From NCBI GenBank assembly GCA_029953675.1, contig JAMWBK010000008.1, positions 1,488,001-1,552,000 of the forward strand: a DNA stretch of 64,000 nucleotides, given 5' to 3'. The position numbers were made by a program, and so were the translations under genes. Of this stretch, positions 11,864 to 25,400 are shown piece after piece (the first letter of the stretch is position 1; each line of letters opens with the position of its first letter). The stretch comes from Rhodosorus marinus CCMP1338 (Eukaryota > Plantae > Rhodophyta). The notes under the pieces were generated by a model. It was not told the DNA's origin and did no database searches. It was given only the letters and a program-made list of their open reading frames with translations.

Positions 11864-13756
11864 CTATTCTTCATCAGGCCCATCCTCAATGTTGAGCCCT
11901 TCGATAAGCTCGTCTAGAGGAATGTCAGGGTACTCGTCCGGGTTCGTTTCCGCGTCCGTCATCGCATCCTCTGCGGCCGGATCTTTATAAATATTTACCC
12001 CCAATCGCAACTCCGGATCCTGTTCAAGCTCCCGCAGAAACTGTTCGCGATCCAGCTCCTCTCGGTCCTGCATTGATCAACCAGGAATTCGTATCATGGG
12101 TCAGCGCTAAATTGACACAAGCCCGACAAGCAGCAACTATCTTTGCTAAACGTTCGACCAGATCTAGTCGCTAAAAAAGCAGCAAAAACTGAGCAAGGAG
12201 GTGCAATTGTACGTACATTTCCACGGTCAACCTGTTCATCCGCATCCACTACCATGCTCTTCAGCTTCCACTTTCTTCTTCGCCTGTTCATTCGAGGATA
12301 AGTTTTCTTCACCAACACGCAATCTTCGAGCTCGAGGTGTTTGTGCCCCTCGATCAGGGCTTCGTTGTAATTAGCGCTCTTCAGGTCGTACCCGACTGAA
12401 ATATCTCCAGACTGTACTTACCGCAGTGTATTTACTACTGGTCAGTTCTGAGCACTCCGCAACGCCAAACAACGGGAACTCTGTGGGATAGTCAGGCAGG
12501 TGAAACGTACCGATAAGTGACCACCAAGATGTGATCTGGTCAGTACGACGTTGTCGTTTGCTCCAAAATCAGAAGACTTGGCAGCGGTGATATACGCTCC
12601 CTGATTCCTCCCACTCGTTTCTCCAGTATGCTCTACATCCAGAATTGTGTATTCAACGAGCTGTCGGGAATTCATTAGGGATACAAACCCATATCGCCAG
12701 TAGACGTTCGGAGCGATCTAGTGAAAATCGAACAAGTCCACACGACAGGGTTAGCCTCGATAGCTTTTCCTTGGTCCGAAGTTTTTGAATCCCGAAAAAA
12801 AGCCTCAGCCTACCTCTGCATGCCGCAAGCTAGTTGGATCTGTAACGACTATGGATTGCGATACTCGAGATACGATAACAATCGGGCCTGCCACGAAGAC
12901 AACAAGCTCCTAGTTATTCAGAAGCGATCCTCAGAAGCAGTTATGAGAGGGATTGCTCACCTAATCCTCCAAAGGACTGGGAAAGTTTCAGCGGTAGGCA
13001 GACGAGATCGTCCTTGCAGACGGGAGCAATATCCACTGAAAACGTGTACTTGTAACGGAAATGATTGCTCTTCGGGTCGTGAGAGACAAGATGCTCTGAG
13101 CTCTTGTGCTTGATTGGCATCACTTGCTGCAAGAAGGACACAAATTTTAAGGCCGCGCTCTTGGAGATGAAAAAGAAATCGATTCCGTCCGACATCTGCT
13201 TGATTCCAAGAGCTTCTTCATGTGCACCGTGCTTAAGGATCAGCTGCTCCAGGTACATGAAACTCCGCTTATGTTCAACTTTTTGGCGTACTTGGACAAC
13301 CGCCTGCCACGCATCGATTTTTGCGGCATCTCTCCTACAGCGTTCACATTGCTGATACAGAACCACAAACTCCACCGTGAACGAGTCCTCCAAAATAGCG
13401 TTCAAAAATACCTCCTTTTGAATGGTGAGGCGAACTATAATCCGACGAGAATGAGGCTCCGTCCACTTGAAGCTCGCATCGATTAGCTTCACCTTATTAA
13501 GACCTCTCAACCTCTTAATCAACAGACCTAGAAGTTCCTTCGACTCCAACTCTGCTACAAGCCAGAACTTTGGTGGCTGCAAATACCTCGCGCACTGACG
13601 ACAATAGTACACTGTGCTTTTCTTCGGAATGCCCTCTGTTATATCCACACGTCCACGAATACAGTTCATGCACATATTCGCCGCATTCGGTTCGATCGGG
13701 GTGCCGCAGTGACAGCACAGAATCATCGACCTTGTCGTCTCACCACCTATTTCCAT
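11864..13756 (-). CDS. NMD3: 60S ribosomal export adaptor NMD3, multi-exon
   Basis: ILCCHCGTPIEPNAANMC..C, CRQCARY, QCERC, WQAVVQVRQKVEHKRSFMYLEQLILKH, C-terminal FLRELEQDPELR..VNIYK and acidic IPLDEL. Confidence 0.97.
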
Positions 13757-15022
13757 ATCTTCCCCTTCAGATAGACACAGAAAAAAAAAAAACCTCCCCA
13801 ACGTCCAAACCAGAATCCCAAAAACCTCAAAACCACCCCACCCCTGCCCTCCAAAGGCCTCCTCAGTCCATAAATACACCAAAACACTCTCACCAAACCC
13901 ACCCAATTCACCAAAACAAAACCTCAAACTTCCGATAGATAGGGTTTTCATCATCCACTACCCTATACACTGACCTCCTTCCCTCCTAACCTTCCCCAGT
14001 CTCCCGGCAACCTCTCGAACAGCTTTTATACCTTCAGGTCTAGTCTGGAACATTCGCCACATCCAATTTGGCCCGGCTCCCTAAGTCCACGGTCAATAAT
14101 GATTGTATAATTAATATTTTTCTAAAATACACCAATAAGAATGACTGAATTTGCATCGGCGGTGAGTAAGGCTTTGGGTTTGATTTGTTTAATAATAACG
14201 AAGATAATTTTTACTGAATAAAAAAACGGCACGTGTCTTTAAATTTTTCTTTTCGATTGGGCGAGATTGGAATATTTTGTGAATATGTTGTTTTATTTTT
14301 ACAGTAAAGCTGATGGGCGCAGTTGGGACAGTTTGGGACAGAATGGGACAGTTGAGGCTGGGTTGGGGCCGTGCACGATCTATGAGTATAGATTTTCGAG
14401 TTTTACATTGTACGAAGCGGGAGTAGGCTTCGGAGGAGTTTTCGATGAGTCTTTGCGATTAAAAAAATCTGGTTTTCAGGCTGAACCGCGCTGTTCTGGT
14501 TCCGGACTGCCCGCTCCGGGGATCCGGGTTCCACCTAGAAGATGACATTCTCTAGGTTGGGGCTTTTTGGAAATTATCGCTCTCACTCTAGACGCTAAAA
14601 AACATGCTTGAGAGCTCAAAACATGGACAGTAGCACCGTCCGAAACCACATCAACACCCCCTCCGCGCAACTGGGAAGTATCTTCGCTTCTATCGTTAGC
14701 ACTCTGCGATGCTAATGCGCAGTTCTGAATTGTCTCTAGTTTCTCATCCACCCCCATCAAGTTGATGCCTCCATGTGGCTAGACAGCGCTGTACAGTCCG
14801 GTCGAATCCGACTAGACACGCCGGTGATGCGGACTAGGTGTAATGCAGCGCTGAATTCGATCGCGCCAGCTCTTAAAACTTCACCAGAAATCCTCTTTGT
14901 CTTTATTCCGTAATCTTGTAATCTACCACCTTGACGCCGATGGGGTATAAATAGATCGGTGGTGCACTTGTACAGATAACTCAGATACCACCCCATCTCT
15001 TTCTGAGGTACTCAAACAGACT

Positions 15023-18000
15023 TCAGTTTGTTCGTACCTCAGACAGCGGTGCTGGATGAAACCTTTCAAGTTTTCTCGACGCAACCTTCAGACCCGAAAT
15101 GTAGTCTTCGATCTGGTGCGCGAGAGATTCACCTTCTACGGTGCTCTGAAGTCTAGCTTTGTTCAGGTCCCGGTTCGCTGATTTCTCCAGCGTAGATAGC
15201 AGCCGATATGCTCGACGCCTTCGCTCCCTTAGGTCCTGCACGATAGAGTCGTCCTGTCTCTGAAATGTTTTGAAAACATTATTGTTTTCATTGCTGGCAT
15301 CAAAGTCAACTATGTTCGGGTCTAGTGCTTCGTCGTGAGCCAAGTCCTTCTCTATGAAGTTGACAGAAAGCTTCTTGACTACCTTCTTCACCGCCTCCCC
15401 CTGCTTTTCTCGCTCGAGTCTAAGCCGCTTCACAGCTTGCGAATAGTCCTCAAGTTTGGATTTGTAGCTCTTAAGCTTCTTCTCTGCCTTTGTTCGACCC
15501 TCGCGCTCCGCTTTCAGCTCCAGACGAATCTTCCCATTCTCTTCGTTTGATTTACTCCACTTGCTCAGCACCTCTGACACCCGCTTCGTCACGCTTGACA
15601 TTTCCTGCTCCAGAAGCTCGTTCGCTCGCTTCTTCTCTTCGATCTGCTGCACTTGCTCACGATATCTCTCCTCAATGTCCTCCTGCTTCTTGTACAACCC
15701 AATCCTGTAGTCCTTCTCCTTAAGCGTCTTTTGCAGAAGCCTGACTTGATCAACCGCTCTCGCAGGCGATATGTCTTCCGCTTGACAAGCCCTCCAGTTC
15801 AAAGTTATCTGGCCGATATCGTATGAGTGAGAAACGTTGATCGCGGTTTCGGTCTTCTCTGCGAGGCTTCCGAACTTGTTGTACGCCATCACTGCAAGAA
15901 CGTATGATCGGAACTTCGATTTGAGGTCAACTACCTGCTCGTCTTTCCACTGCTTCCCGGGTGGTGCCTCTCCACGAAGAGAGTACACATGAAGGACTAA
16001 CAACTTCTGGAGCTTGAGATTCATGCAAGAGTTCTCAAGTACCTGGAACTCTCTGCGCAATCCCGGTAGAGAGGTCAACTGACTTTCCATGCGGCACATG
16101 TTTTGCGAGATTTCTTCCCTCGCTGCATCATCCCTGGCTTCGGACGAGTCGCAGCTATCGTGGCTCTGAGTCAATGTCTTCGCCCAGGATCTGTAGTGAT
16201 CCAAACATCGATTTACGTGCATGAATTCCTTCTGAGCATCTTCACGTTGCTTCTCGGCCTCTGCCAATTGGGCTTTCATCCGCATGTCATTTTCAGCAAG
16301 TAGTGTGCGGAGCTCCTTGTTGGAGTCGCATTCATGCTCAGCCAGTTCCCTCAATCGATCTGCGTGCGACTGAAGAATGGCGAACGCTTGTGCATCCGCC
16401 TGCCGCTCAGATAGGTCCTTCTGGAGGCAGTTTATTGCCGATTCCTGGACGTCGAGCGTGTTTATGGCTTCCTCGATGAGACTCCTTCTTTTTCCATCCG
16501 CGTGTATCTCCGTCCCTCGGAGCCGTTTGATGGTGGAAAGGAGCTGTGTCTGGTGCTCGAGAAGGTCTTCTACTGGTCCTAGCGCCAGCTCCATGCTCAC
16601 ATCTGCTCCACTGTGATCGCTGTAAACCAAGCTTGGAGAGCTAAACGAGAGCGAGATGTCGGCTTTCATGTCCTCCCGAATATCTTTTAGCTGCTTCTGA
16701 AGTGCTTCTTTCTCCTCTAAGACTGCCGTCAGCCTCGCTGTGTGCTGCTCTTCAACGATCTCCCTCTCCTTTGTGCTGTCGTTGATCTGCTGGCCAATCA
16801 TTGAATCCTTCAGGGTAAGCTCAGATCGGAGAGATTCCACAAGAATGTTCAACCGATCCTTGTCCTTGATAAGAGCCTCTATCCTACAAGTTAGTTGCTC
16901 CTGTAGAACATACGAAATACGCGAAAAGAACGTCTCAGTCCCAGAAAAATTCAGAGGTTTTGGAAGGAACGTGAAAGGATGGAAGCCATGAAACGTACAA
17001 TCAAGTCTGGACTTCCTTCTAATCTCAAAATTTCGGATGGTGTCTGAACACGCTTCTCATCTTGGATCTCAGTCATGCTGAGGTCCACCGCGGTCCTCAG
17101 TTGCTCATTCATAGTCATAATGTCCCTATCCTTCTCTGCTGCGACAATTCTCCATTTCTTGGACTCCTCTTCTGCCACGGAACGCTTTTGCACAGCATCC
17201 TTCAGCTCATTGGTCTTGGAAGCAATCTCCTCGTGCAGGGATTCCAGTTCCAGCCCCCTTTCGTGAAGGTCTTTTCTGAGTTTTTCAAGACCCTGGACCT
17301 TCGAACTTGCCTCCTTGAGGTCTGCCTCAAGTTCACTCACTCTGCTCCGCAGAAGTATGGTTTGCCTCGACTGATCAATCGAGTCCTTGTGCAACGTTTC
17401 CTCCGACTGTTCCCGTCGCTCTGCGGACTCTTTGAGCGCATTAATGATACTTCTCTGTTCTGTGAGTTCAAGGTCTTTCTCGTCACATACCTTCCGAACA
17501 TTGTCGATCTCTTCCCTCAGCTCCCTGAGTATTGACGTCGTCTGTTCATGCTCGTCAGATATCATCCTGTCTTTATCGGCCATCCGCTTCAAATCAAGCT
17601 GAGCTCTAGCCACCTGCTCCTCCGCTACCACCAGATTTCTGAACGATTCCTCGGTATCCTTTCTCTGCTCAACGATTGCCTCTCGCATAGCTTCGAGCTC
17701 GCTTTCCACAACTTCCCGCTTCTTAGATTCCTCAAGAACTCGCTGTTCCAACGATCGCACTGTAGCCTTGTGCACTTTTTCAGTGGTTTCACAAACCTCA
17801 CACCTCCGCGGTAGCGATCGTTTCATTTGATGAGTTAAGCGCGTATTCTCACCGCGAAGTTCGGCGCCTTCCTCCTCCAAGGCGCGGATTCTCGATTCGT
17901 ACGCCATCAGGCGCTGTGCAAACTCATTCGAATGAATGGCTTCTTCCTCAGGACTGAATTCTTCATCAAAATCTGACTCAGATCCTTCAGATACGGTCTT

Positions 18001-18546
18001 CTCGAACAACGCTGGCTGGGAAGGTTCAAACTGGACGTCCACATTGCCAATCCACTGGTTGTCGTTCTCGTTCAGCTCGTACTTCGGCATTACCCGCTCC
18101 ACGTCCTTGAAAGGGATTGAAGATGCCTCAGATGCGGTTCCTGGAGGATTCCTCGAGAGGCTCTTCACGTTGGATGATATGCTCGCTGAAGGAACCCCCT
18201 CAAAGTAGACAGACGCGAGTCCACCGCTCGCGTTTTCATTGGCGGGACTAGCACGACTCCCTGGATTGGTGTGCCGAGTTTCTAGAGCGTCCAACGGACT
18301 CTTATTTTCCATTCTCTCCTTGAGCTTGGATTCCGCGGGAACTATTGGAAGACTCACGTCCTCACATTGATCGTCGTTTATTCGCATCCTTTCAAGACCG
18401 CTTGAGATTGTACCGCTGCTGTCCTCCACGTGACCAAGCTCTGAGATCAGCTCACTTTGATCATGGGTGTTTATCAAGCCGGTGCCTTCCGAAAATTCAT
18501 CCAAAAAATCCATTGTCACCCCAGGCCGATCCTCGGACAAGTTCAT
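15023..18546 (-). CDS. Large (~1100-1150 aa) coiled-coil protein of unknown function, 2 exons
   Basis: ORFs 16951-18606 and 15023-16852 are joined by a GTACGT..CTACAG intron (~16900-16997), giving ...PDLI/EQLTCRIEALIKDK.... E/K/L/R-rich heptads. Start at 18546 or 18513. Confidence 0.75.
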
Positions 18547-19515
18547 TCCAACAAGAAACCCGGAAAGACGTACACTATCCCCAATCTGCACACTACACCC
18601 AACCAATGCACTTCAAAAATGCACGCCGAAAGAGAGTTCCTTACAATCCAGTTCGTCCTTTTCTCTGCGCCCCTCTTCGACCCACCAAGCCAGTGAACCC
18701 AACTCACCTTCCCACCTAGTGAGGAGCCCCTCCGTCGAAAACAGAGTAGCGAAAAAAATGCTACTGTCAAACCTTCCAACAGGGCATTGACATATGCAAC
18801 TAAACTACACTACTAGTCCCAATTCCTATACAAAATCCGTCCGAAACGAACAAAGGAACCTATCACCTTCCCTCCCTAACCCTAACGTCCCATCCAACCC
18901 GCTCAGAAACCACACTCCCCTCCTGCCGTTACCAAAAAAAAAAAAAAAGATAACCAGAAATATATCCAAACGTTTCAAAATTTGAAATAAGGACGCGTGT
19001 CCTATAATTTTTCTACCAATTATTATCTGACGCGTGTAACAGTTTACCACCAAATTATTTAATGCCACGTGCCCTATCCAGGTCACGAAAGCTGATCTAG
19101 ATCGATGATCGAGGGTTGAGCGCACATCTTAGCGGGGCTGGGCTCTGTGGAGCTCTTGCTTTTAAAGCGTTCAAGTTGCTCGGTGAATTATGTATGCTTT
19201 GTAACTCTAAATGAGGCTTTTTTTTTGAGCCATGCCTGTCCTGAAGGAAACGCATCGTAGCTTCCTCATCTTCCTGAGTTCAGCCGTTTCTTAGGTGAGC
19301 CCCTGCTTTCTTCATGTTGGGGTTTTTCAAAGGAGTTAGCGGAGGCATCGGGGTGTAGAAGACCACCTCTCTGGTGGTGGGTATTTTTTCTTCCTCTTGT
19401 TTATTTTTTTTGTTTTGAGAGGGGTTGTGTGCAAAGGATCGGAGCAATGTACTGGCCGCAAGCTTGGTGGGTTCTTAGAAGACTCCTAGGTGTCGATGAA
19501 ATTTTTTTTTTTTTC

Positions 19516-20245
19516 CTATTGCTTGTCTCCTGAAACGTGCAGCACGGTCTCGAAGACAATTCTGGTCCCCTGTCTCAGGATGGCGCTTTCCAGCGGAGAC
19601 CGACTCTCAGCTGAGGACGTGTTGGCCAGATTGAATTCCTGTTGGATCATGTTCAAGTCATAACCACGCTGTTGTGCTGCCACAATTTGACGGACAAAGT
19701 CATCGAACGGTCCTGGTGTGAATTCGATCTTCGGGGCATCCTTCTCCTGATCGACATTCAGAACCTGCAACGCCTTGTACACTAACGTGATCAGTACCGA
19801 TCGCAACCTAGACAGGAAGATAATTTTAACACGCAGGACTTGATGAGCACCTCATGTTGGAGCACTAGGGGGCTTGAACAGAACCTCACTCTACTTCGTC
19901 CGCCTGCAGCTGGCGCCCGCCAGGGGCTCCACTACCCTGCATCTCAAGCTGTAGAGCGGTCATGGAATAGCCCTTACTGAACGCGTCGCAAACTGCGGAA
20001 ATGAAGTCTTTCACGGCTTCTCCATACGGCTTCGGACCAACGCAGACCTGAATGAATCCAGCTGACACATCCTCGCCGATTGAAGCTTTAACCTGCAACT
20101 TCGAAACTCCCCGCCCGAGGGGACGCCTCAGTCTCCTTTGGCACAGGTGATTTCTCCCCGAAACCTGACTTCGCACGGACAATGGAGACCCTACAAAACC
20201 CATAGCTGGAAACCCTAACAAGCTGTTCATCTCCATCTGCGCCAA
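19516..20245 (-). CDS. Putative plastid-targeted protein with a two-fold internal helical repeat, 2 exons
   Basis: Transit-peptide-like N-terminus (MGFVGSPLSVRSQVSGRNHLCQRR). Intron 19808-19889 (GTGAGG..CTAG) joins in frame. Repeats: FISAVCDAFSKGYSMTALQLEM and FVRQIVAAQQRGYDLNMIQQEF. Confidence 0.8.
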
Positions 20246-20852
20246 TACCGATTAGCAGTTCCGTCGGTAAATACCCTAGCTATCCATGGAAGAAGTTGGT
20301 TCAGCAAACTTGGCGGTGGGGAGCACGGGCCCTCTAGCCAGACTCTGCTTTAACACGAGATAGAAGAGATCTGATGTTTTCTAGAATCCGTATTGAACAG
20401 AATTTTCCGGAAGGAAGGCAACATTGCTACTGTCCAGAATCATGGCTTCTGTGGACATATCGTCCTGGATTACATTACAGGGTAGGGTTTTCGAGGTCAT
20501 GGGTTTTGTTGGTTTCTAGCCTTAGTTGCTCTTCTCCAATCTAAGAAGGGCCTGTCGATTAGAGCAAGTGATTGGTTTTAGATGTATTGCGACCTAGCAT
20601 CGCCGTAGTTGGTTTTGAGTTTTATACTGTTTTTTTAATACCTGCGGATTGGTTAAGTAGGACGGAAAAAGAAAGCATTTCTAGGTTGGCCGGCAGCAAA
20701 AATCCCTAGTTTTTCCTTCGTTGGTGGGCTTGTTCACATTTTGACGTTCAGAGAGTATGGACGTACGTTTCTTCAAATGTGCCCCCTAGAATGCGGATAG
20801 AGAAGAACCTACGGTCCTATAAACATACGATTAAACGTGGGTTAAGTGGTCC

Positions 20853-21446
20853 CTAACGTCCTGCTTCCATCTGAACTGCTGTCTCATATACTACAATGGT
20901 ACTGCAGCAGATAACCATCATTTCCTCCACGATTTTTCGTCCTGCCAGTGCGAGTTTTCGTGTAGACGCGAAGGTAGGAGAGGACCTACTCTGCGCAGTC
21001 AAGATCGCCTTTATGAAATGGTCGAAGGGTCGGGGGGGTGAAGAAAATATCTGGTGCATCTTTCTCCTGTTTAGCACCCACGTAGTAAAGGGTTTTATGG
21101 ATCAGCCCGTGTTTAGAACAACCTTGTGGTGTCCCAGGAAAGCTGAAGAGGTCCATTCTTCCGGAGAAACTCTCAAGCTAAGCTTTCATGATTTTGCTTC
21201 TTACTTGCTTCGCTTAAATTGCTCATTATCCTCTATCCAGCCCCCGCGCTGGAGAGAGTTGACCTCTTCGTCCATATTCTCGGAGGACTGGGTAACGCTA
21301 CGACTCCGCGGATTGCTCGTTGAGAATCTTGCACGAACTCTTTTAGACTCTCAATAAAGAGGCTAGGACCGCCCGAAGATTAGTGCTACATCATTCCTGA
21401 GAAAAATACATCTTCATCCGAAGCTCTGAGAAACGTCCTCGGCCAT
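20853..21446 (-). pseudogene. Decayed tandem paralogue of the 19516-20245 gene
   Basis: Fragments AEDVSQSF, GPSLFIESLKEFVQD, GLIHKTLYYVGAKQEKDAP, PRPFDHFIKAILTAQSR and VYETAV align in order with GEDVSAGF, GPKPYGEAVKDFISA, TLVYKALQVLNVDQEKDAP, PGPFDDFVRQIVAAQQR and VFETVL, but are broken by stops and frameshifts. Confidence 0.8.
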
Positions 21447-23424
21447 CCAGACATGGATCTCACTCCCTTATCCTCAACCTTCCACAACGGGTTTGATAAG
21501 AAACCTATCATCCTCAAACGCATACTATCAGTACACACTGCACAGCACTAACTTTTCGTATCTCTCACTGGCCATAACTGGATGAACAGAAGGCATAGGC
21601 TCATCGCCCACACCAGGCTGGCTTATGAAAATAGTCTAGTCACAAGAAACCTCTCCATCCGATGTCTCGTCTTTTTCAATTTATTCTGGGAGGATATTAA
21701 GCAGCCTCCAGCAAGAACCTAAAATTCCATAAAAATTGTAGTGCAATGAGTGATGCAGATTGGGTAGGACAGTCTGGCACTGGATACTAGCCAATGAAAA
21801 ACATCGTGGATCGTTGCAGTTGACTTTTTCCGTCTGACAGGGTTTGAGTCGAGGCTTCGTAGGCGGGGTTTTCGGAGACGAGTGGAGGTTTTGGAGCTGC
21901 TGTGTACACCCACTAGCAAGCGTATCATCCTGTGACTGCCCGATAGAGTTGAAAGGGCCCAGCGCCGGGTCTGGAGCTAGGGCGCGCACTGATCTCCGTT
22001 GGAAGTCCTTGTCTGAAAAGCTTCCAACGGAGATGTTCAGAGCGAGTAAATATCTGTGCTATCTTGTGTTCTTCACCGCTACAGATCGATCGTGGTGCGG
22101 CTAGGTAGAATCGTTCTGAGAGAAGAATGGTGGCTCTAGCAGCAGGAAACGGAGATTCCAGGGTTTGCATTAAATACTTTGGAGAAGCTTGCTCGCCGCA
22201 GACTGCGCCCCGATTATCTGCGACGGGTTTGAAATCACTCCTAAACTCATCCATCTTCTTCTGAGATTGGAAGACTTATGTACTTACCCAACCGAGAACA
22301 GGGGAGCATTGTCGCATTAGCTGAACAAAAAACCGAACGAGCTGAGCATCTCGCCATTCACTCATACTAGCATCCTGAAAGAGATGATCCATGAACACTC
22401 TGAACAGTATTGCGCTTTCGAGTCCCCCAGGGCTGAATCACTGCAACCAGGTCGTTCCACATCGACTGCTCGAGAGTCGTTCCCATGTTCCCACCAAGCC
22501 TCTGCGGTTTTTCCTCCTGCTTCAAAACTCTTCAGTATATTCAATCGCTAGTAGAAAGCAGAAGTCCAGAGAATTCGGTAATCGATCTAGTATCTTCCCC
22601 AACGACCACCCATTCGGTTGATCTAGGATCGATTCGCCGCCTCTTTGTCACTCGGGACGCGACTCAAGCCATAGACCCAGCGTAGACACGTAATACCGAA
22701 ATAACCCCCAAAACCAAAAAAAAACAATCCAAAAATCCGATAAATCAACAAAAAAGGACTCAAATAATTTCTAAAACCAATCCGACCTCTATTGAATAAA
22801 CAGATATACCCCGCACCGCATCTCGTATGCTAAAATACTATATAAAATCCAATAAAAACACTTGATCGCAACATGTAAAATATTAACGATATAATAATTT
22901 TTAAATATTATATATCGTACATGTTTTTCTAAATATGAAGATTTCCTAGACGGTGGATAGTTTGAAAAAATGAAGAAAATGGTCATATGCGGTGTCATAC
23001 AATAGTGGCCATTGACACATTGGTCTAGGAGGGATCTCTTGTCAGCGTGCGATACATGACGTGGGATGGATTTTTCTTGCGAGAAGAGCGGGCGGGCGGG
23101 TGCAGTTTTTTCTTGCGGTGGGGTGAGGGATTTTTCTAAAGCGAGGACTTTGTGCGGGGGAGAGAAGGGAGAAGGGAGGAAGGAGACAAGGAGTTGGTAA
23201 TTTTGTTTTTGTAGTTTTTTTTTGGGGGGAGGGTGGGGTGTGTGTTTCGTTGTGAATGAGTTTGTGTTTGAAACACTCTTTTTTGGAGGGGTGGGTTTGG
23301 GGGAAAGGGGTTATGAGTTGCTTCTAGTAGCCTATTCTGGAGGACTTGTGGGAGGGAGAGCGGAGGGGAGTTTGGGGAGTGGAAGGGTGGGAGGAAGCTG
23401 TATCGCTAGAAGAGTGGGGGAACC

Positions 23425-25400
23425 ATGGGGCGGCTGATAGGGATAGGCGGGGTCGCGCTGTTGATGTTTATCTTTTGGGCTGGAGTTGTTCGGGCTGATG
23501 AGGATGTTGTGAAAGGGGACGAGCAAATTCTGGAGGATGAGATTCAGGAGAAGGAGGATCTGATGGCTGGTTTTTCGATCAGCTGCGTTTCATGTCGAAC
23601 GAGTGACGACTGGGATGTTGACTTCAGCGCGGAGCAGGAAAACCTCCGTCTTAACAGCGAGCGCGACGTTCCTATGTACAAGAACAACGAGATTGTCTCG
23701 ATCTGGGGATTATGCGGGGAATCTGGTGTATCAGCAGACGACTGCTATGTGGAGGATAAGTACACGGATGAGATGGTGCTGCGTGTTAGTTATGGAGTGT
23801 TCGGAATAACGTTTGAGAAGAAGCCATACTTGCAAGTTGTGAAAGGTCAGAGCCTGACCGCCGCAATTCAATCGTTTGATGACGAGGAGGATATGTTTGA
23901 GGCGTTGATCACCATCAAATATGATTGTCAACCAGCGGACGACGATGTCAACCAAGTCCGGGCTACGTTCCATTTGGATAAAGACACTGAAATTGACATC
24001 ATGTGGTTAAAGGTGTGCGGGCGTGGAGTGAATCCAAAGTTTGACGTCGGATATGTATCTCACGAGAAAAAGGACGTAGTTCTACCCCTGTACTCGGATC
24101 TCGGTTCAAGTAGCATCCTTGTACCGGCGAATGACCCGTCTTCTTCAATTCGGATGACCTTGTTTCCACCGGCTCGAGCCCAGTCCTACCGCGATCCAGT
24201 GGTTAGCAGCGATGATCGCATTGTTGCAACGTCCCTCCGTGGGACTGCGGCGTTGAAAGGAACTCTGACACCTGCAAACTGGGAGTTCGAGGTATGCTGA
24301 CTGCCAAGCGCGCAGAGAAGGATTCCAAGGTGATTAGATATGGCTAACCGTTTCTTCCTTCATAGGTTAATTACGATTGCAAAGCCCCGGGAACCGCTGT
24401 GGTTCACCTTACGATTCCCATTCCGCCCTTTAACGATGTGAAGAAGGTCTGGAGGAAGGAGTGCGACGCACGGGAAGCATTAGGAGATGCTGGACATGGC
24501 CCAGAAGTACCGACGAAAACGGATGACAAAGTAGGGGAAAACGATTCGACGAAGCCCGGCAGCAAAGGGGAGAAGACCGACAATACCGAGAAGCCTGACC
24601 AGGACACCAACGACAAGGCCAAATCGGATAAGACCGATAAGACTGATAAGAATACGGAGAACGACCCCGCCAAGAAACCTAGCAAGCCCGACAAAGGCTC
24701 TAAGGGTGACAAGGACACAGTGGATCAGAAGGGTACCAAGCCTCCGAAGGACAGTAGCACGCCGACGAAGACAGGCACGACCCCCGAAAGAGTCCTGAAA
24801 GCGCTTGAAGTGGGGACGACATATGAAGGCAAAGAAGTGTTCTCTGATGGGAGACCGATGGAGGCATTTTCCATTTCCTTTGATAGCAGACTCAAGAGTG
24901 CAGACCACCACTACAGGATCGACCTTAACACGACTGAGACGGAGTTCTTCCTGCACAATCCCCGCGAGTCCAGCACTGCTCATCGCATCGATCGAGTTTC
25001 AGTCACAGTCGCGGACCGAACGATCACGCTCGTGAAGGTGACTCAGCCCTACATTGCTCGTCGTTATCTGAGCGAAGCGGGAGGTCTGATTGGACCTGGG
25101 GAGTCGTTCAGGGTCCAACTCCACTTTATCTGCAAAATGGCCGGGGAGAGCTCGGTTCTAATTACACTGGCTACCTTGTATGGTGATAATGTGGAATTCG
25201 GCTTCGTGAAGGAGTGTCGCAGTCCACTGAAAATAACTGATGGCGGAATGTTGACGACAGCGAGTAGCCTCTATGTCACAACGATGTTCTTCCTCGTGCT
25301 CATAACTTGTCTTGGTGCAGCATTCTACTACAGAAGGAAACGTGCTGCGTCCGCAAGGAGGAGGACCACTAGGGCGGAGGCGAAGCAACTGATCACCTGA
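23425..25400 (+). CDS. Type I membrane/secretory protein with three Cys-pair modules and a D/K/T low-complexity linker, 2 exons
   Basis: Signal peptide MGRLIGIGGVALLMFIFWAGVVRA. Phase-0 intron 24292-24365. C-terminal TM LYVTTMFFLVLITCLGAAFYY followed by RRKR. Confidence 0.85.

Noticed and set aside
14267-14996. Possible small gene between NMD3 and the coiled-coil gene
   Set aside because: I could not build a consistent spliced ORF on either strand, and no motif was recognisable.
15335-18790. Many plus-strand ORFs opposite the coiled-coil gene (and similar ones opposite NUP93, the HTH gene and the WD40 gene)
   Set aside because: Shadow ORFs on the antisense strand of long coding regions, with no independent motifs.
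21681-22640. Fragmentary minus-strand ORFs downstream of a skewed leader
   Set aside because: No continuous frame or family signature; cannot call a gene.
22814-22994. CACCGCAT / ATGCGGTG inverted pair around an AT-rich core (MITE?)
   Set aside because: Only 8 bp, does not extend, and no TSD.
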